Positions 27,795 through 37,873 of a DNA stretch of 64,000 nucleotides are shown in pieces. This DNA comes from a virus (Duplodnaviria > Heunggongvirae > Uroviricota > Caudoviricetes): IMG/VR virus record IMGVR_UViG_645951848_000002. One strand, 5' to 3'. Position 1 is the first letter of the stretch, and each line of letters begins with the position of its first letter. The position numbers and the translations under genes are program-made. The notes beneath the pieces are model-generated. The model had not been told where the DNA came from and made no database searches. It saw only the letters and a program-made list of their open reading frames with translations.

Positions 27795-28904
27795 TTAAAT
27801 ATTAAAAAAAAGAACATTTCTATTATGTTCTTTTAAAAGTTCTTTTTTATATTTGTTTATATTTTTTTCAATATCTTTAAAGTTTATATATTTTCCAAAT
27901 AAATTATGTTCTTCATTTACTAAATAAAAATCATTATCTTTAATTATCATTCTTATTTTTATATTTTCTATTTTTAATGTATTTAATATAAATATTCTAT
28001 TATTTATTATATGATTTGATCTTATATCTTCATATGGTATTGTTAAATTATATTTTGAATAAAAAATATAAAAATCATATTCATTTAATTTAAATAAATT
28101 ATATCCTTTTTTTATATCAATCCAATGTTGCGAAAAAGTTTCAATATAATTTATTTTATTTATTTCTTCTGTTTTTAAATCAATAAAAAATTCATCTGAA
28201 AGATTTAAATAATAATCATTCTTTGAGAAGTATCCACGATTTGTTAATGCAACTTCAGTTTTTTTCTTTTTATAATTATATATTAGAAATCTTGTTTTAT
28301 TTTTTATAATTAATAAATTTTTATTTTTAAATAATATTTGTGTATTAATTTCAAAATAATCTTTTATATAATCATATTTTTTTACTTCTTCTAATTTTTT
28401 GTTTATAAAAAATTTTTCATTTGTTTTTATATTATGTATAAAAAATATATTATTTTTATGAAATTTTGATACTTTAGTAATTTCTGTGTTTTTTCATAAA
28501 GTAATTTAAAAAAATAATTAGTATCTTTTTTGTTAAAAAAAATTATAATTAATAGCCTCTTTTGGTCTTAAAAAAAAATTTATTATTTATAGTATCTAAA
28601 TATATATATTTAAATTCATTTATATCATTAAAAGACATATATATGAATCTATTCAAAATATTATTTATTTTAATTTCTTTTTTTAAACTTAAAAAATATA
28701 TAAATAAATTAAAAATTTCATTATTAAAGTGATATATTTTAAAATTTTCTTTTTTTATATAGAAAAATCTTTTTTTATTTCTACCTAAAAAAATAAAATT
28801 TTCTATAATTTTTTCTTTTTTTCAATTAATATATTTTCTTTTTTCCATATTTTATATTCTTTTTTTAGATTTCTTATTTTTTCTATAATTTGATCATAAA
28901 CCAT
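27795..28904 (-). pseudogene. decayed full-length paralogue of the 57914..59065 gene family (multiple frameshifts and stops)
   Basis: No ORF of 60 aa or more exists in any frame across 1.1 kb. Minus-strand fragments read MVYDQIIEKIRNLKKEYKIWKKE... at the 5' end and ...NLFGKYINFKDIEKNINKYKKELLKEHNRNVLFFNI* at the 3' end. Gene 57914..59065 reads MFYDELIKKIKNLKKEYEKWKIK... and ...IDIWKNVNKYENKLLKEHKKSVLFFNI*. The same terminator hairpin is embedded in the last codons. Confidence 0.7.
27800..27834 (-). terminator. rho-independent terminator embedded in the 3' end of the pseudogene
   Basis: AAAAGAACAT (27808..27817) / ATGTTCTTTT (27825..27834) forms a 10-bp stem with a 7-nt loop, followed on the minus strand by T8. 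The same hairpin recurs at 57927..57953. Confidence 0.6.
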
Positions 28905-28932
28905 ACGCTTTCCTTTCAAATAAAAAATTTTA

Positions 28933-29739
28933 TTATGAATCTTCTATTTCTATTATTTCATTATTAAATCTATTAGAAAAATATATTTCAACTACATTAG
29001 GATTTATTTCTTTTATTTTTTTTTCTAATTCATTTAAATCACAATGTTTTTCTGAACTATGAAGTGTTATTAATTTTTTAAATTGTTTTTCATATTTTAT
29101 ATTTTTTAAAAATTTTAAAGCTTCATCTATATTTAAATGTCCAAATTTTCCAAGAGTTCTTAGTTTGTTTTTCCAATGTCTATCTGAATCTATTAATTTT
29201 TTTATATCATAATTGAATTCTAAAGCCAGATTATTACATTGTTTTATTTTATCTTTTATATATGTCGATAAGAATCCACAATCAGTTACCCAACATAATT
29301 GATTATCATTAAAAACAAATCCAAGAGTTTTTCTAGCATCATGATAAGAAGTAAAAGTTTCTATTTTTAAATCCTTAATATAAAACTCTGAATTTTCTTC
29401 TATATCTATTGTTTGAGCGCAGTATATTTTTCCTTCTTTTTTATTTTCATAAGAAAGATATTTTGTTTTTCTTGTTTCTTCAGTTTCATAATGTTTTTTA
29501 TGAAGATAAATAGGTATTCCATATTCAATAGATAATCTTCCTGTCCATGGAGTAAAATGATCATTATGTTCATGAGTGATTAATATACCATCTATTTTTA
29601 CTTTAGAAAGTAATTCATCTAATGTTTCTTTCATTAATTTTTGAGTTTTGAATCCACAATCTATTAATATGTTAGTATCTTTATAAGATAACCAAGTGCA
29701 GTTGCCATCAGAACCAGTCATAAAAATTTTTATTTTCAT
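28933..29739 (-). CDS. metallo-beta-lactamase-fold hydrolase
   Basis: ILIDCGF...GILITHEHNDHFTPW matches the HxHxDH motif. Later His/Asp residues fit the MBL fold. Confidence 0.7.
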   Translation of the reverse strand: MKIKIFMTGSDGNCTWLSYKDTNILIDCGFKTQKLMKETLDELLSKVKIDGILITHEHNDHFTPWTGRLSIEYGIPIYLHKKHYETEETRKTKYLSYENKKEGKIYCAQTIDIEENSEFYIKDLKIETFTSYHDARKTLGFVFNDNQLCWVTDCGFLSTYIKDKIKQCNNLALEFNYDIKKLIDSDRHWKNKLRTLGKFGHLNIDEALKFLKNIKYEKQFKKLITLHSSEKHCDLNELEKKIKEINPNVVEIYFSNRFNNEIIEIEDS

Positions 29740-29791
29740 TTCTCCTCCAATTCTGTTATTAAATATTTAACTATAAAATAATTATCTATTT

Positions 29792-30349
29792 TTATTGGTT
29801 CATTAACTTGAAAAAACATTTTTTTATTTTTTTATTTTCTTTTATTCTCCATTTAGTAAACTTTTCTGCAAAACTTCTTAAATAAAAACCTAAATTAAAT
29901 GATTTTTTATTAAGAGAATATCCTTCGTGACATAATTTAAAATTAAATTTATTCATTTCTTCTTTTGCTTCATTTATTTCATATTTTTCCAAATTTAATT
30001 CTTTTTTTATAAATTCTAATGCTTCTTCATTATTTAAAAAATTATATTCTTTTTCTATAAAATCAGTATTTTCTCTTAAGTTAGTTAATTTTAACAAATC
30101 TCTTATAAATACAAATGAAAAATTAGAAAATTGATATTTTTTTTTAAGCTCTTTTTCATAATTATTAAAATTAGTATATATATCTTCAAATTCTTTTTTT
30201 GAAAAATTTTTTATTTTATTTCTTATATTTTTAAAATAAACTTCAATTTGTTCTTCCTTATGTTTAGAAATTCCTTTTACTAATTCATTTTGTTTCATCT
30301 CGATAAATAAATCATTTAAAAATTTTACTATTTCGTATAATTTTTCCAT
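29792..30349 (-). CDS. hypothetical protein (185 aa)
   Basis: ORF only. Confidence 0.5.
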   Translation of the reverse strand: MEKLYEIVKFLNDLFIEMKQNELVKGISKHKEEQIEVYFKNIRNKIKNFSKKEFEDIYTNFNNYEKELKKKYQFSNFSFVFIRDLLKLTNLRENTDFIEKEYNFLNNEEALEFIKKELNLEKYEINEAKEEMNKFNFKLCHEGYSLNKKSFNLGFYLRSFAEKFTKWRIKENKKIKKCFFKLMNQ

Positions 30350-30359
30350 TTTTTTCTCC

Positions 30360-30944
30360 TTATATATTAAGCATTTTTTGAATAGATAATTTTATTTCTT
30401 CATCTATTATTTCCAGCTCTGTTTTTTTATCAGAAACACTGTTTAAAAGTTCTTTTTTTTCTTCTTCCAATTTATTAATTTCTTGTTTTAACTTTTTTAA
30501 TTTTAATTCTATTTCAGTTATTGAGTTATTATTTTTTATATTTTCCTGTTCTAGCATTGTTATTAAATTATTTTTTTTATTTTTATTAATAAATATATCT
30601 TTCATAAAAGCTTTAAATATTTGTTCATTACTTTCTTCACAATTAACAAAATTTAATTTATAACAAGTTACTAAATTTTTATCTTTTACTATATATATTA
30701 TTCTTTTTTCTTGATCCAAATGAACATTTGATTTTTCATTATTTCTAATTTTATATTCTCCAAGAAATTCTAATTTTAATTGATCTATTTCTTCAAACAT
30801 CATTTTTTTTATTTCTTCAAATTTTTCTGGATTTAATTTAACAAAATTGTTAAATTGAGCTTCAGTTAAAATTTCATTATTTTTTTTTACTCTTTGCATG
30901 TATCTAAACGCTGCATGTTTTGTTATATTATTAATATCGTTCAT
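30360..30944 (-). CDS. hypothetical coiled-coil protein (194 aa)
   Basis: ORF with a coiled-coil C-terminus; ATGA overlap with the downstream gene. Confidence 0.5.
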   Translation of the reverse strand: MNDINNITKHAAFRYMQRVKKNNEILTEAQFNNFVKLNPEKFEEIKKMMFEEIDQLKLEFLGEYKIRNNEKSNVHLDQEKRIIYIVKDKNLVTCYKLNFVNCEESNEQIFKAFMKDIFINKNKKNNLITMLEQENIKNNNSITEIELKLKKLKQEINKLEEEKKELLNSVSDKKTELEIIDEEIKLSIQKMLNI

Positions 30945-31474
30945 TATTCCTCCATATTAAAATATTTTCCTCTTTTTACATTATTCCATAATTCTTGATA
31001 TTCATAACTATTTATAAAATTTTTAATTTCTTTTTTTGACATAAAATAATTTCCATATTCAAAACGCTTTTTTGTTTCAAGAGTATCGTCTTCTAAACCT
31101 TCTTCTATTTTTCCATATAGATTTATGAAATAATATTTTTCAAATTTTTGTTTTTTTTCTCTTTTATTTTCTTTTTCACTATTTATAAATTCAATTATTT
31201 TTTTTAAATTTTCTATTATGTTATTTATAATTATTGTTGGTCTATTTTGATTTTCTTTTATTTCACTAATTGAAAAATAATAAATTTCTGAATTTTCAGA
31301 TAAGTAAAAAATATTGTAAATATTTCTAGAAATGTTATATTCTTCATTATTTATCCAAATTCTATTATTTTTATATATTAAATTATTAAATTTTTCTTCA
31401 TTTATATGATTAATTTTAAAATAACTATAATTTTTATCTATTTTTTTTATTTCAATATCTATTATTTTATTCAT
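30944..31474 (-). CDS. hypothetical protein, third member of the 'KIxKIDxxYSxFKII' N-terminal family
   Basis: N-terminus MNKIIDIEIKKIDKNYSYFKINHIN, compared with 8521..9012 and 9009..9350. Confidence 0.5.
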   Translation of the reverse strand: MNKIIDIEIKKIDKNYSYFKINHINEEKFNNLIYKNNRIWINNEEYNISRNIYNIFYLSENSEIYYFSISEIKENQNRPTIIINNIIENLKKIIEFINSEKENKREKKQKFEKYYFINLYGKIEEGLEDDTLETKKRFEYGNYFMSKKEIKNFINSYEYQELWNNVKRGKYFNMEE

Positions 31475-31507
31475 ATTTATTCCTTATATTTAAAAAGAAG
31501 GAGAAGT

Positions 31508-32353
31508 TTATTCTCCTTCTAATAGTAATTTTTCATATCTTTTTAATAAGTTTATAATTTTAGTATTATTACTTTTAAAAGTCTTTAAATCTTTTTTAAC
31601 TTCTTCTATTTTATCGCTATTTGCTTCTGTTATATATTCATTTAAATCAAAATTTAAACCAAGTAATCTTGATTTAACAGCTATATAAAAAGCATAATCT
31701 TCTTTTATAGGTTCAAGATTATAATTTTTATTTTCTTCAACTATTTTTTGTCCATTATCAATTACTGTACTTTTTAATTCTTTAAATAATTGATTATCAT
31801 TTACAAAATCAAATAAATATATTAAGTGTTTTTTCAATGAACTTTTCAGTAAAGAAATTATTTTATTAAAATCTTCTATAATTTCTTCTGGAAGTATAAC
31901 TTCATTTATATCTATTAAATGTTGTATTTTTACATTATTTAATTCAGATAATGAATTTATACTTTTTAATAATATTTGATTTTCTGTTAAATCTTTTCTA
32001 AATTCATCTTTTTCTACGCCAGCGTAATTTCTTATTAAATTATATACGTTCAAAATCATCAAGAAATTATTTAAACTTTTTTTATTTTTAACAACTGTAT
32101 TTCCTATATATGTAATAAAAGATACTATATCTAATTTAAGAGCTTTTATTCTTTTATTTTTTTCTATATAATTATCTTTTATTTTTACTATTTTATAAGC
32201 TCTACCTATACAACTATCACAGAAATCTTTTATTTTAACACTATTTTTAACGTTACATAATGAACTAAATGTTAAAAAATATTCACCTAAGATTTCTTTT
32301 AATAATTCAAATGCTAATTTATTGTAATCATATTTCTTTTTTAATTTTTTCAT
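31508..32353 (-). CDS. hypothetical protein (281 aa); contains GC-motif copy 3 in-frame (codes IRNYAGVEK)
   Basis: ORF only; the motif lies at 32024..32039 inside the coding sequence. Confidence 0.5.
   Translation of the reverse strand: MKKLKKKYDYNKLAFELLKEILGEYFLTFSSLCNVKNSVKIKDFCDSCIGRAYKIVKIKDNYIEKNKRIKALKLDIVSFITYIGNTVVKNKKSLNNFLMILNVYNLIRNYAGVEKDEFRKDLTENQILLKSINSLSELNNVKIQHLIDINEVILPEEIIEDFNKIISLLKSSLKKHLIYLFDFVNDNQLFKELKSTVIDNGQKIVEENKNYNLEPIKEDYAFYIAVKSRLLGLNFDLNEYITEANSDKIEEVKKDLKTFKSNNTKIINLLKRYEKLLLEGE
32024..32039. promoter_or_regulatory. GC-rich palindromic motif, copy 3 (CTACGCCAGCGTAATT), intragenic
   Basis: Lies inside ORF 31508..32353, in frame. Confidence 0.4.
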
Positions 32354-32688
32354 CTTAGATCTTTTAATTTATAAATCCAATATATTATTTGAAACAAAAA
32401 TCCAGAAAGTAAAAATATACCTAATATATCAAAAAATCTATTTTTTATATGTATAAATATAAGAATAAACAAAGAAAAAGTTACTATATGAATATTTTCT
32501 TTATTTATTTCTCCAATTTTAAATCTACTCTGTACATACAATATAAAAATAAATAATAAATAATGAATTGTAATTATTTTTGTTTTTGACAAAAATTTAA
32601 CTTTAAAAAATATTTTATAAAAACTATCTAAAAGTAATAAAGTAAAAAGAATAATCAATATAGTAAAAATTATTTTAAATTTAATCAT
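32350..32688 (-). CDS. small integral membrane protein (3–4 predicted TM helices)
   Basis: Strongly hydrophobic 112-aa ORF with 4-nt overlaps on both sides. Confidence 0.5.
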   Translation of the reverse strand: MIKFKIIFTILIILFTLLLLDSFYKIFFKVKFLSKTKIITIHYLLFIFILYVQSRFKIGEINKENIHIVTFSLFILIFIHIKNRFFDILGIFLLSGFLFQIIYWIYKLKDLR

Positions 32689-34406
32689 TTGTTTACATCT
32701 ATTTCATATAAATGTTTTATTTTTTCATACTCTTCATCTACTATATTATTATCTTTTTCCATAAATCTTTTTAGTAAATAGTTTATAAATATTTTTATGT
32801 TAGATGGAATTTTAACAGATTCATTATGTGCAACTATTCTACAAGTTCCTTTAGTGTTGTAAAATTGAAAAAAACTCATATAGTGATCATAAATATAATC
32901 AAATACAATAGCTTTTGTTTTATCTTTATATGCTCTACTTATGCGGCCCTCTCTTTGAATTGTATTTACACGTTCTCTAGTTGAGAATAATAAATGCAAA
33001 ATATCAAGTCTGTTTATACTAATAGCTTTATCCATTAAACTTGTAGTTATAATTACTTTTATTTTTCCATCATTTGTATCTGATATTATTTTGTCTCTTT
33101 CTTCTTTTTTTAATTCACCTGTTAAAACTTTTATATATTCTGTTTCTGGTATTTCTTTTAATATTTTAGATTTTGCAAATTCCTCCTTTTCAATTTTTTC
33201 AAGTTCTTTTTTCAAAACTCTTTTTTTATCTTCATTTGTTTCTGATTTTATTTTTACTTGTAAATTTTTTATTTTATCTTTTTTTAATTTTTCATATTTT
33301 GTTATAGCTTTTGGAAATAAAATAGAAATTATTTCTTTGAAATATTTATAAACAATCTCTTTTTCTTTACATATTACCAATTGAGAATGTTCATTAAATA
33401 ATTTACATACAAGTTTAGATACTTTATTAATAACTAATGGATTGTTATAATAATAGTTTACAACATCTCTGAATTCTATTTCTGTATTTTTATTAATGTA
33501 TTTATTAAACATTATATCATCTTTTAAAAACACTGGTCTTAGAATAGGTTTAATTAAACTTCCTTTTTTAATCATTTCTTCCTTGTTAGTTGTATAAACT
33601 ATTGGTCCTATTATTTCTCTTATTAAGAAATCCATTTTATCATCTCTAAATGGTGTTCCAGATAACCCTAATTGATATTTAGGTCTAAACTCTTTAAATA
33701 TACTTCTAATAGTATCACAAGAAGCTATTTGACACTCATCTTGAATTAGAAAACCTATATTGTTATTTAATTTTTTCATAATTTCTTTTTTCTTTATAAG
33801 AGTTTGCATTGTTGCTATGATAACTTTTTTATCCAGATCATATTCTAAATCTTTTTCTCTAATTAATCCTATTTCTTCAATTTTAATATCTGTAAATTGC
33901 AATAAAGAATCTATAAATTGTCCAATTAATAAATTCATATCTACAAGTATTAAAGTTCTTTCTTTGAATATAGTAATTAGTTGAGAAGCTATATATGTTT
34001 TACCAGAAGCTGGTGGTGAATTTAATATTCCGTATTCGAATTTATTTTCGGATAACGCTTTTATTGCTTTTTTTTGTTCATCATCTCTTGGTCCTATTAA
34101 AGAATTACATTGTATTTTATAAGAAGCTCTTTTATCTTCAAATTCAATATTTGGAATATTTTGTTTTAATTCTTCTATTATTTCATAATTTCCTCTACTT
34201 ATTTTATATCCAAATTTATCTTTTATTCTTGTTTCAGCAAATGTTTGAATTTGTTTTGGCTCTTTAGAATAATATCTTTTATTGGATTTCATTTTAAATT
34301 TTGGATTTTCATGTATTAATCTTTTACTTAACAAAGAATAAACAAAACTTTTTTCAAAATCATTCTGAGGAATTATGTATATGTATTCACTTCTAATTAT
34401 TTTCAT
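32685..34406 (-). CDS. superfamily-2 DEXH-box DNA/RNA helicase
   Basis: Motif I is ILNSPPASGKTYIAS. Motif II is LIQDECQIAS. Motif III is LSGTPFRDD. Motif VI is IQREGRISRAYKDK. Confidence 0.75.
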   Translation of the reverse strand: MKIIRSEYIYIIPQNDFEKSFVYSLLSKRLIHENPKFKMKSNKRYYSKEPKQIQTFAETRIKDKFGYKISRGNYEIIEELKQNIPNIEFEDKRASYKIQCNSLIGPRDDEQKKAIKALSENKFEYGILNSPPASGKTYIASQLITIFKERTLILVDMNLLIGQFIDSLLQFTDIKIEEIGLIREKDLEYDLDKKVIIATMQTLIKKKEIMKKLNNNIGFLIQDECQIASCDTIRSIFKEFRPKYQLGLSGTPFRDDKMDFLIREIIGPIVYTTNKEEMIKKGSLIKPILRPVFLKDDIMFNKYINKNTEIEFRDVVNYYYNNPLVINKVSKLVCKLFNEHSQLVICKEKEIVYKYFKEIISILFPKAITKYEKLKKDKIKNLQVKIKSETNEDKKRVLKKELEKIEKEEFAKSKILKEIPETEYIKVLTGELKKEERDKIISDTNDGKIKVIITTSLMDKAISINRLDILHLLFSTRERVNTIQREGRISRAYKDKTKAIVFDYIYDHYMSFFQFYNTKGTCRIVAHNESVKIPSNIKIFINYLLKRFMEKDNNIVDEEYEKIKHLYEIDVNK

Positions 34407-35022
34407 TTTTTACCTTTTCATATAGTTCTGGCATTTTATAGTTATCTAAACAATATGCAATTTCTTTTAAATACAAATCTATATTTTCATTTATTTTTAA
34501 TCTTTCAAAATCTTCTTTTTTCATTTTCATTATTTCATTTACTACTTCAAATGCTTTTGAAAAATTTAATTTTAATGTTGGAATTAAAGTTTCTTTAAAA
34601 TTATCCTTTCCATTTTCTAAGAAATCTTTAAAAATATTTATTTGTGCTTCTATAATGAATAATAAATGTTTATCTATTTTATTTATAGGCTCTATTTTTA
34701 AAATTACTTCTATATTTTCTTCATCTATTTTTTTGTAATCAAATATAGTTTCAAATATTTGTTTATTATTATATGGATTTACAGAATATAATGCAGAGTT
34801 AATAGGCAAATTTATTAAATTATTTTTTTCTTTAAATGCAATATCATAAGAATTAATCATTACTAATATATTTCTGATGCAGGATACAGATATAGTTAAG
34901 TCATTATTAAATTTACTTAATATTCCTTTTAAAGTTTTATAATTTTTAAATTCTTCCTCTATAAATTTATTCATTTCTTCTCTTATTTCTTTTATGTTTA
35001 TTTTTTTAATTGTTATTTCCAT
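34393..35022 (-). CDS. hypothetical protein (209 aa)
   Basis: ORF only. Confidence 0.5.
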   Translation of the reverse strand: MEITIKKINIKEIREEMNKFIEEEFKNYKTLKGILSKFNNDLTISVSCIRNILVMINSYDIAFKEKNNLINLPINSALYSVNPYNNKQIFETIFDYKKIDEENIEVILKIEPINKIDKHLLFIIEAQINIFKDFLENGKDNFKETLIPTLKLNFSKAFEVVNEIMKMKKEDFERLKINENIDLYLKEIAYCLDNYKMPELYEKVKNENN

Positions 35023-35031
35023 TAAATCACC

Positions 35032-35523
35032 TTATTCTATATTATTTAAAGCTAATACAGCATTCATTTTATTATAAATACTAATAGAATCTTCTAAATT
35101 TTTTAATAAAACTCTAGCTTCTACTGGATTAAAGAAAAATCCAACTCCATTTTCTCCTTGTTTTACATATAATTGAAATTGTAGTTTTTCATTATAAAAT
35201 GAATTTTTAAATACAATTGTTTTTGGATTTTTACCGTTTAAATGTGGAAATGAAATTTCTCCTTCTTTTCCAGTTTTAAAAAGTGCCATTGTTCTTATTA
35301 TTTCTTCTTCAGTTAGATTGAAAATCATTTTTTTTTCATAATCGAAAATAGGTAAATTTCCATTCATTCCTTTTTGTGGTGCTATGGTAATTAACATATC
35401 ACCTGTTTTTCTACTAACGCTTAATTGAACAATACTACCTTTATTACTTGTATTTCCTCTAACAAATTGTTTAATAAAATAAATTCCTTCTTTTTTTTCT
35501 TGATTTTCATTAGTATTTGACAT
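35032..35523 (-). CDS. hypothetical protein (163 aa)
   Basis: ORF only. Confidence 0.5.
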   Translation of the reverse strand: MSNTNENQEKKEGIYFIKQFVRGNTSNKGSIVQLSVSRKTGDMLITIAPQKGMNGNLPIFDYEKKMIFNLTEEEIIRTMALFKTGKEGEISFPHLNGKNPKTIVFKNSFYNEKLQFQLYVKQGENGVGFFFNPVEARVLLKNLEDSISIYNKMNAVLALNNIE

Positions 35524-35596
35524 ACCTTATCACTCCTTTTACAATTTTTATATTATTTAAAATAAAATTACTAATAACATATAAGGGGGTTATCTT

Positions 35597-36937
35597 ATGA
35601 TAAATAAAATAGATAACAATTATCCTTTGGATATTACTCCTATTAAGAATTTTCCAGAATCTATAAGAGAAAAAGGTAAACAAATAGAACAATATATAAA
35701 AGATATAGAAACATATAGAAGTAATAATACTTTTGGAGCTTCTGTTGATCTGTTTCCAGAATATAAATTCTTATTTATTCATTCTAATAGTAGTATTCCA
35801 GCAGGTTTATATTTTAAAGCTAATGATAGTTGGATTGGTTATTCTAATTATAGTTTTATTCCATATTCAACAAATGTTCCAGAAGGAACAAGAGTTAGTT
35901 ATGGCCATCAAACTTATGAATTGCAATTAGATTCTAATCAAAAAGTTTGGACTAATAAAATAGATTTTACTCCATCTTTATTTTTTGATTTTTTTGAAAC
36001 TGATGGGACTAATATTGAACTTCAAAATAAAGGGTTTAAAGAATCCGATATAGAAATGGTTTTATTAAATTTTAAAAGAAATGAAGAAGAAATTATCCCA
36101 TTTATAAAAACAGAAAAATTCACTTCTATTAAAACTAATAAAACATATCACTCTTTAAAATTTTTAACATATACAGCATTATTTAAAAATATCGAGAGAT
36201 TATATTCTAACGATGAACCAATAAATATGCAATCTAAAGCAGTTTTATTGTCTATAAATGATGAATTTCAAAATATAAGAATAGGTTTATGTTATGATAA
36301 AGATAATACTTTATATTATTATGATAAAGAAACTTTACATAATTTAAATATACAGTTATCAACTCATTTACCTTATCAAATATCAATGAAATTTTTTAAT
36401 AATGAACTCACTATAATTTTAAATAATGAAGAATTAGAACAAAAGTTTAACATAGATATATCTGATAAAAATCTTTATTTTGGATTGGCATCAGATATGG
36501 GATATGGTAGATATTCTAATGGTTCATTTTTAGTTTCTGAACCAGAAATATTTGATATAGCTATCAGTAAAAAAGAAAATTTATGGTTAATGGATTATCC
36601 TAGAACTTGGAGTTTTTTGAATACTAAGTCTTATATTAATCTAACACTTGACGAACAACTTAAATTAAAGAAAAATATAAATTCTTTAAATTTAGTTGAA
36701 ACTCAACAAAAAAGATTTAAAGAATTAATAGAAGATAAATTTAATGATAATAATAAAAAATTAAATGAATTTATTCAGAACACAAACAATTCAATTGAAA
36801 CTCAAATAAATTCTAAATTAGCAGTCTTAAATCAAGTAGAAACATTTATCAATGAAAAAGAAAGAATAATAGAAAATCTAAATTTACAAATAACTGAATT
36901 AGCTAAAAAAATAGTAGCTTTAGAAAACAAAAAATAA
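35597..36937 (+). CDS. hypothetical protein (446 aa), the only plus-strand gene; globular N-terminal region and coiled-coil C-terminus
   Basis: Strong RBS AAGGGGG 8 nt upstream. The long ORF ends in a bidirectional terminator. Confidence 0.6.
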   Translation: MINKIDNNYPLDITPIKNFPESIREKGKQIEQYIKDIETYRSNNTFGASVDLFPEYKFLFIHSNSSIPAGLYFKANDSWIGYSNYSFIPYSTNVPEGTRVSYGHQTYELQLDSNQKVWTNKIDFTPSLFFDFFETDGTNIELQNKGFKESDIEMVLLNFKRNEEEIIPFIKTEKFTSIKTNKTYHSLKFLTYTALFKNIERLYSNDEPINMQSKAVLLSINDEFQNIRIGLCYDKDNTLYYYDKETLHNLNIQLSTHLPYQISMKFFNNELTIILNNEELEQKFNIDISDKNLYFGLASDMGYGRYSNGSFLVSEPEIFDIAISKKENLWLMDYPRTWSFLNTKSYINLTLDEQLKLKKNINSLNLVETQQKRFKELIEDKFNDNNKKLNEFIQNTNNSIETQINSKLAVLNQVETFINEKERIIENLNLQITELAKKIVALENKK

Positions 36938-36962
36938 AGGCAGAATTAACTGCCTTTTTTTA
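36937..36962. terminator. bidirectional rho-independent terminator between convergent genes
   Basis: AAGGCAG-AATTAA-CTGCCTT hairpin, flanked by A7 on the left and T7 on the right. Confidence 0.7.
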
Positions 36963-37424
36963 ATTGTAAAAATATTCTATTTTATTTTTTCTATAATAAT
37001 TTTTTATTTTTTTTGTTTCTATAAAATTATATTTTTCTAATAATGGTTTAAAGTTTAGATATTCTTCTTCTGGAATTGTAACAAAAGGTTTGTTTGTTCC
37101 TAAATATTCAAATGATTTTTTTATCATCTGACTACCTATTTTTTTATTTCTAAAATTCCTTTCAATATATAAAGTACATATCTTTTTTTCTTCTTTATAT
37201 TTTTTTAAAATCATCACTCCACAAATATTTATTAATAGTTTTTCTTTATTAATACAAATAAATATTTCTCTTTTATTTGGGAAATTATAATTTTCTATAA
37301 GAATCTTATTAAACCATTTTTTAAAATTAGGATATAAAAGTTCTTTTTCTTTTATAAAATTAGAAAAAATATTTTTTAATTCTAATGGATAAATTTCTGA
37401 AAGCTTTATTATTTCAAAATTCAT
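36960..37424 (-). CDS. GNAT-family N-acetyltransferase (putative)
   Basis: RNFRNKKIGSQMIKKSFEY resembles GNAT motif A (R/Q-x-x-G-x-G/A). The size fits. Moderate confidence. Confidence 0.5.
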   Translation of the reverse strand: MNFEIIKLSEIYPLELKNIFSNFIKEKELLYPNFKKWFNKILIENYNFPNKREIFICINKEKLLINICGVMILKKYKEEKKICTLYIERNFRNKKIGSQMIKKSFEYLGTNKPFVTIPEEEYLNFKPLLEKYNFIETKKIKNYYRKNKIEYFYN

Positions 37425-37442
37425 TTAGTTTCAAACAATCAC

Positions 37443-37862
37443 CTATCCTTTAAATTTTTCTATTTTGATTTTTTCACTAAAATTTCCAGAACTAAATTTA
37501 GAATCATTATGACATTCTATTTCTGCATTTAAAAGATTTAACCGAGATTCGGTTTTATTTTTACAATAATTTAAATAAGCTTCAAATACTTTTCTTCTAA
37601 GTCCAGTTCCTGTTGAATCTAATAAATCTTCATCTATTATGTTATATCCAATTCCACACTTAAAAGAAAAAGTTAATTCTTGTTGTTTAAAACCTCTTAT
37701 ATTTTTCTTTGGATCGAATTCTATCTTTAAAACTTTTTTATAAAAATCTCTGATTTTTTCTAATAATTCATTACTGCATCTAATTGTTCTCATAGCTGTA
37801 TTTGGATTTTCATAAGTTTGTATTCCAGTATAACCACAAATATTCCATTCATTCTTTCTCAT
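37443..37862 (-). CDS. hypothetical protein (139 aa)
   Basis: ORF only. Confidence 0.5.
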   Translation of the reverse strand: MRKNEWNICGYTGIQTYENPNTAMRTIRCSNELLEKIRDFYKKVLKIEFDPKKNIRGFKQQELTFSFKCGIGYNIIDEDLLDSTGTGLRRKVFEAYLNYCKNKTESRLNLLNAEIECHNDSKFSSGNFSEKIKIEKFKG

Positions 37863-37873
37863 ATATTTCCTCC

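Noticed and set aside
27784-28932. An apparent 1.1-kb gene desert.
   Set aside because: It is not non-coding spacer. It reads end-to-end as a disrupted paralogue of 57914..59065, so it is called a pseudogene.
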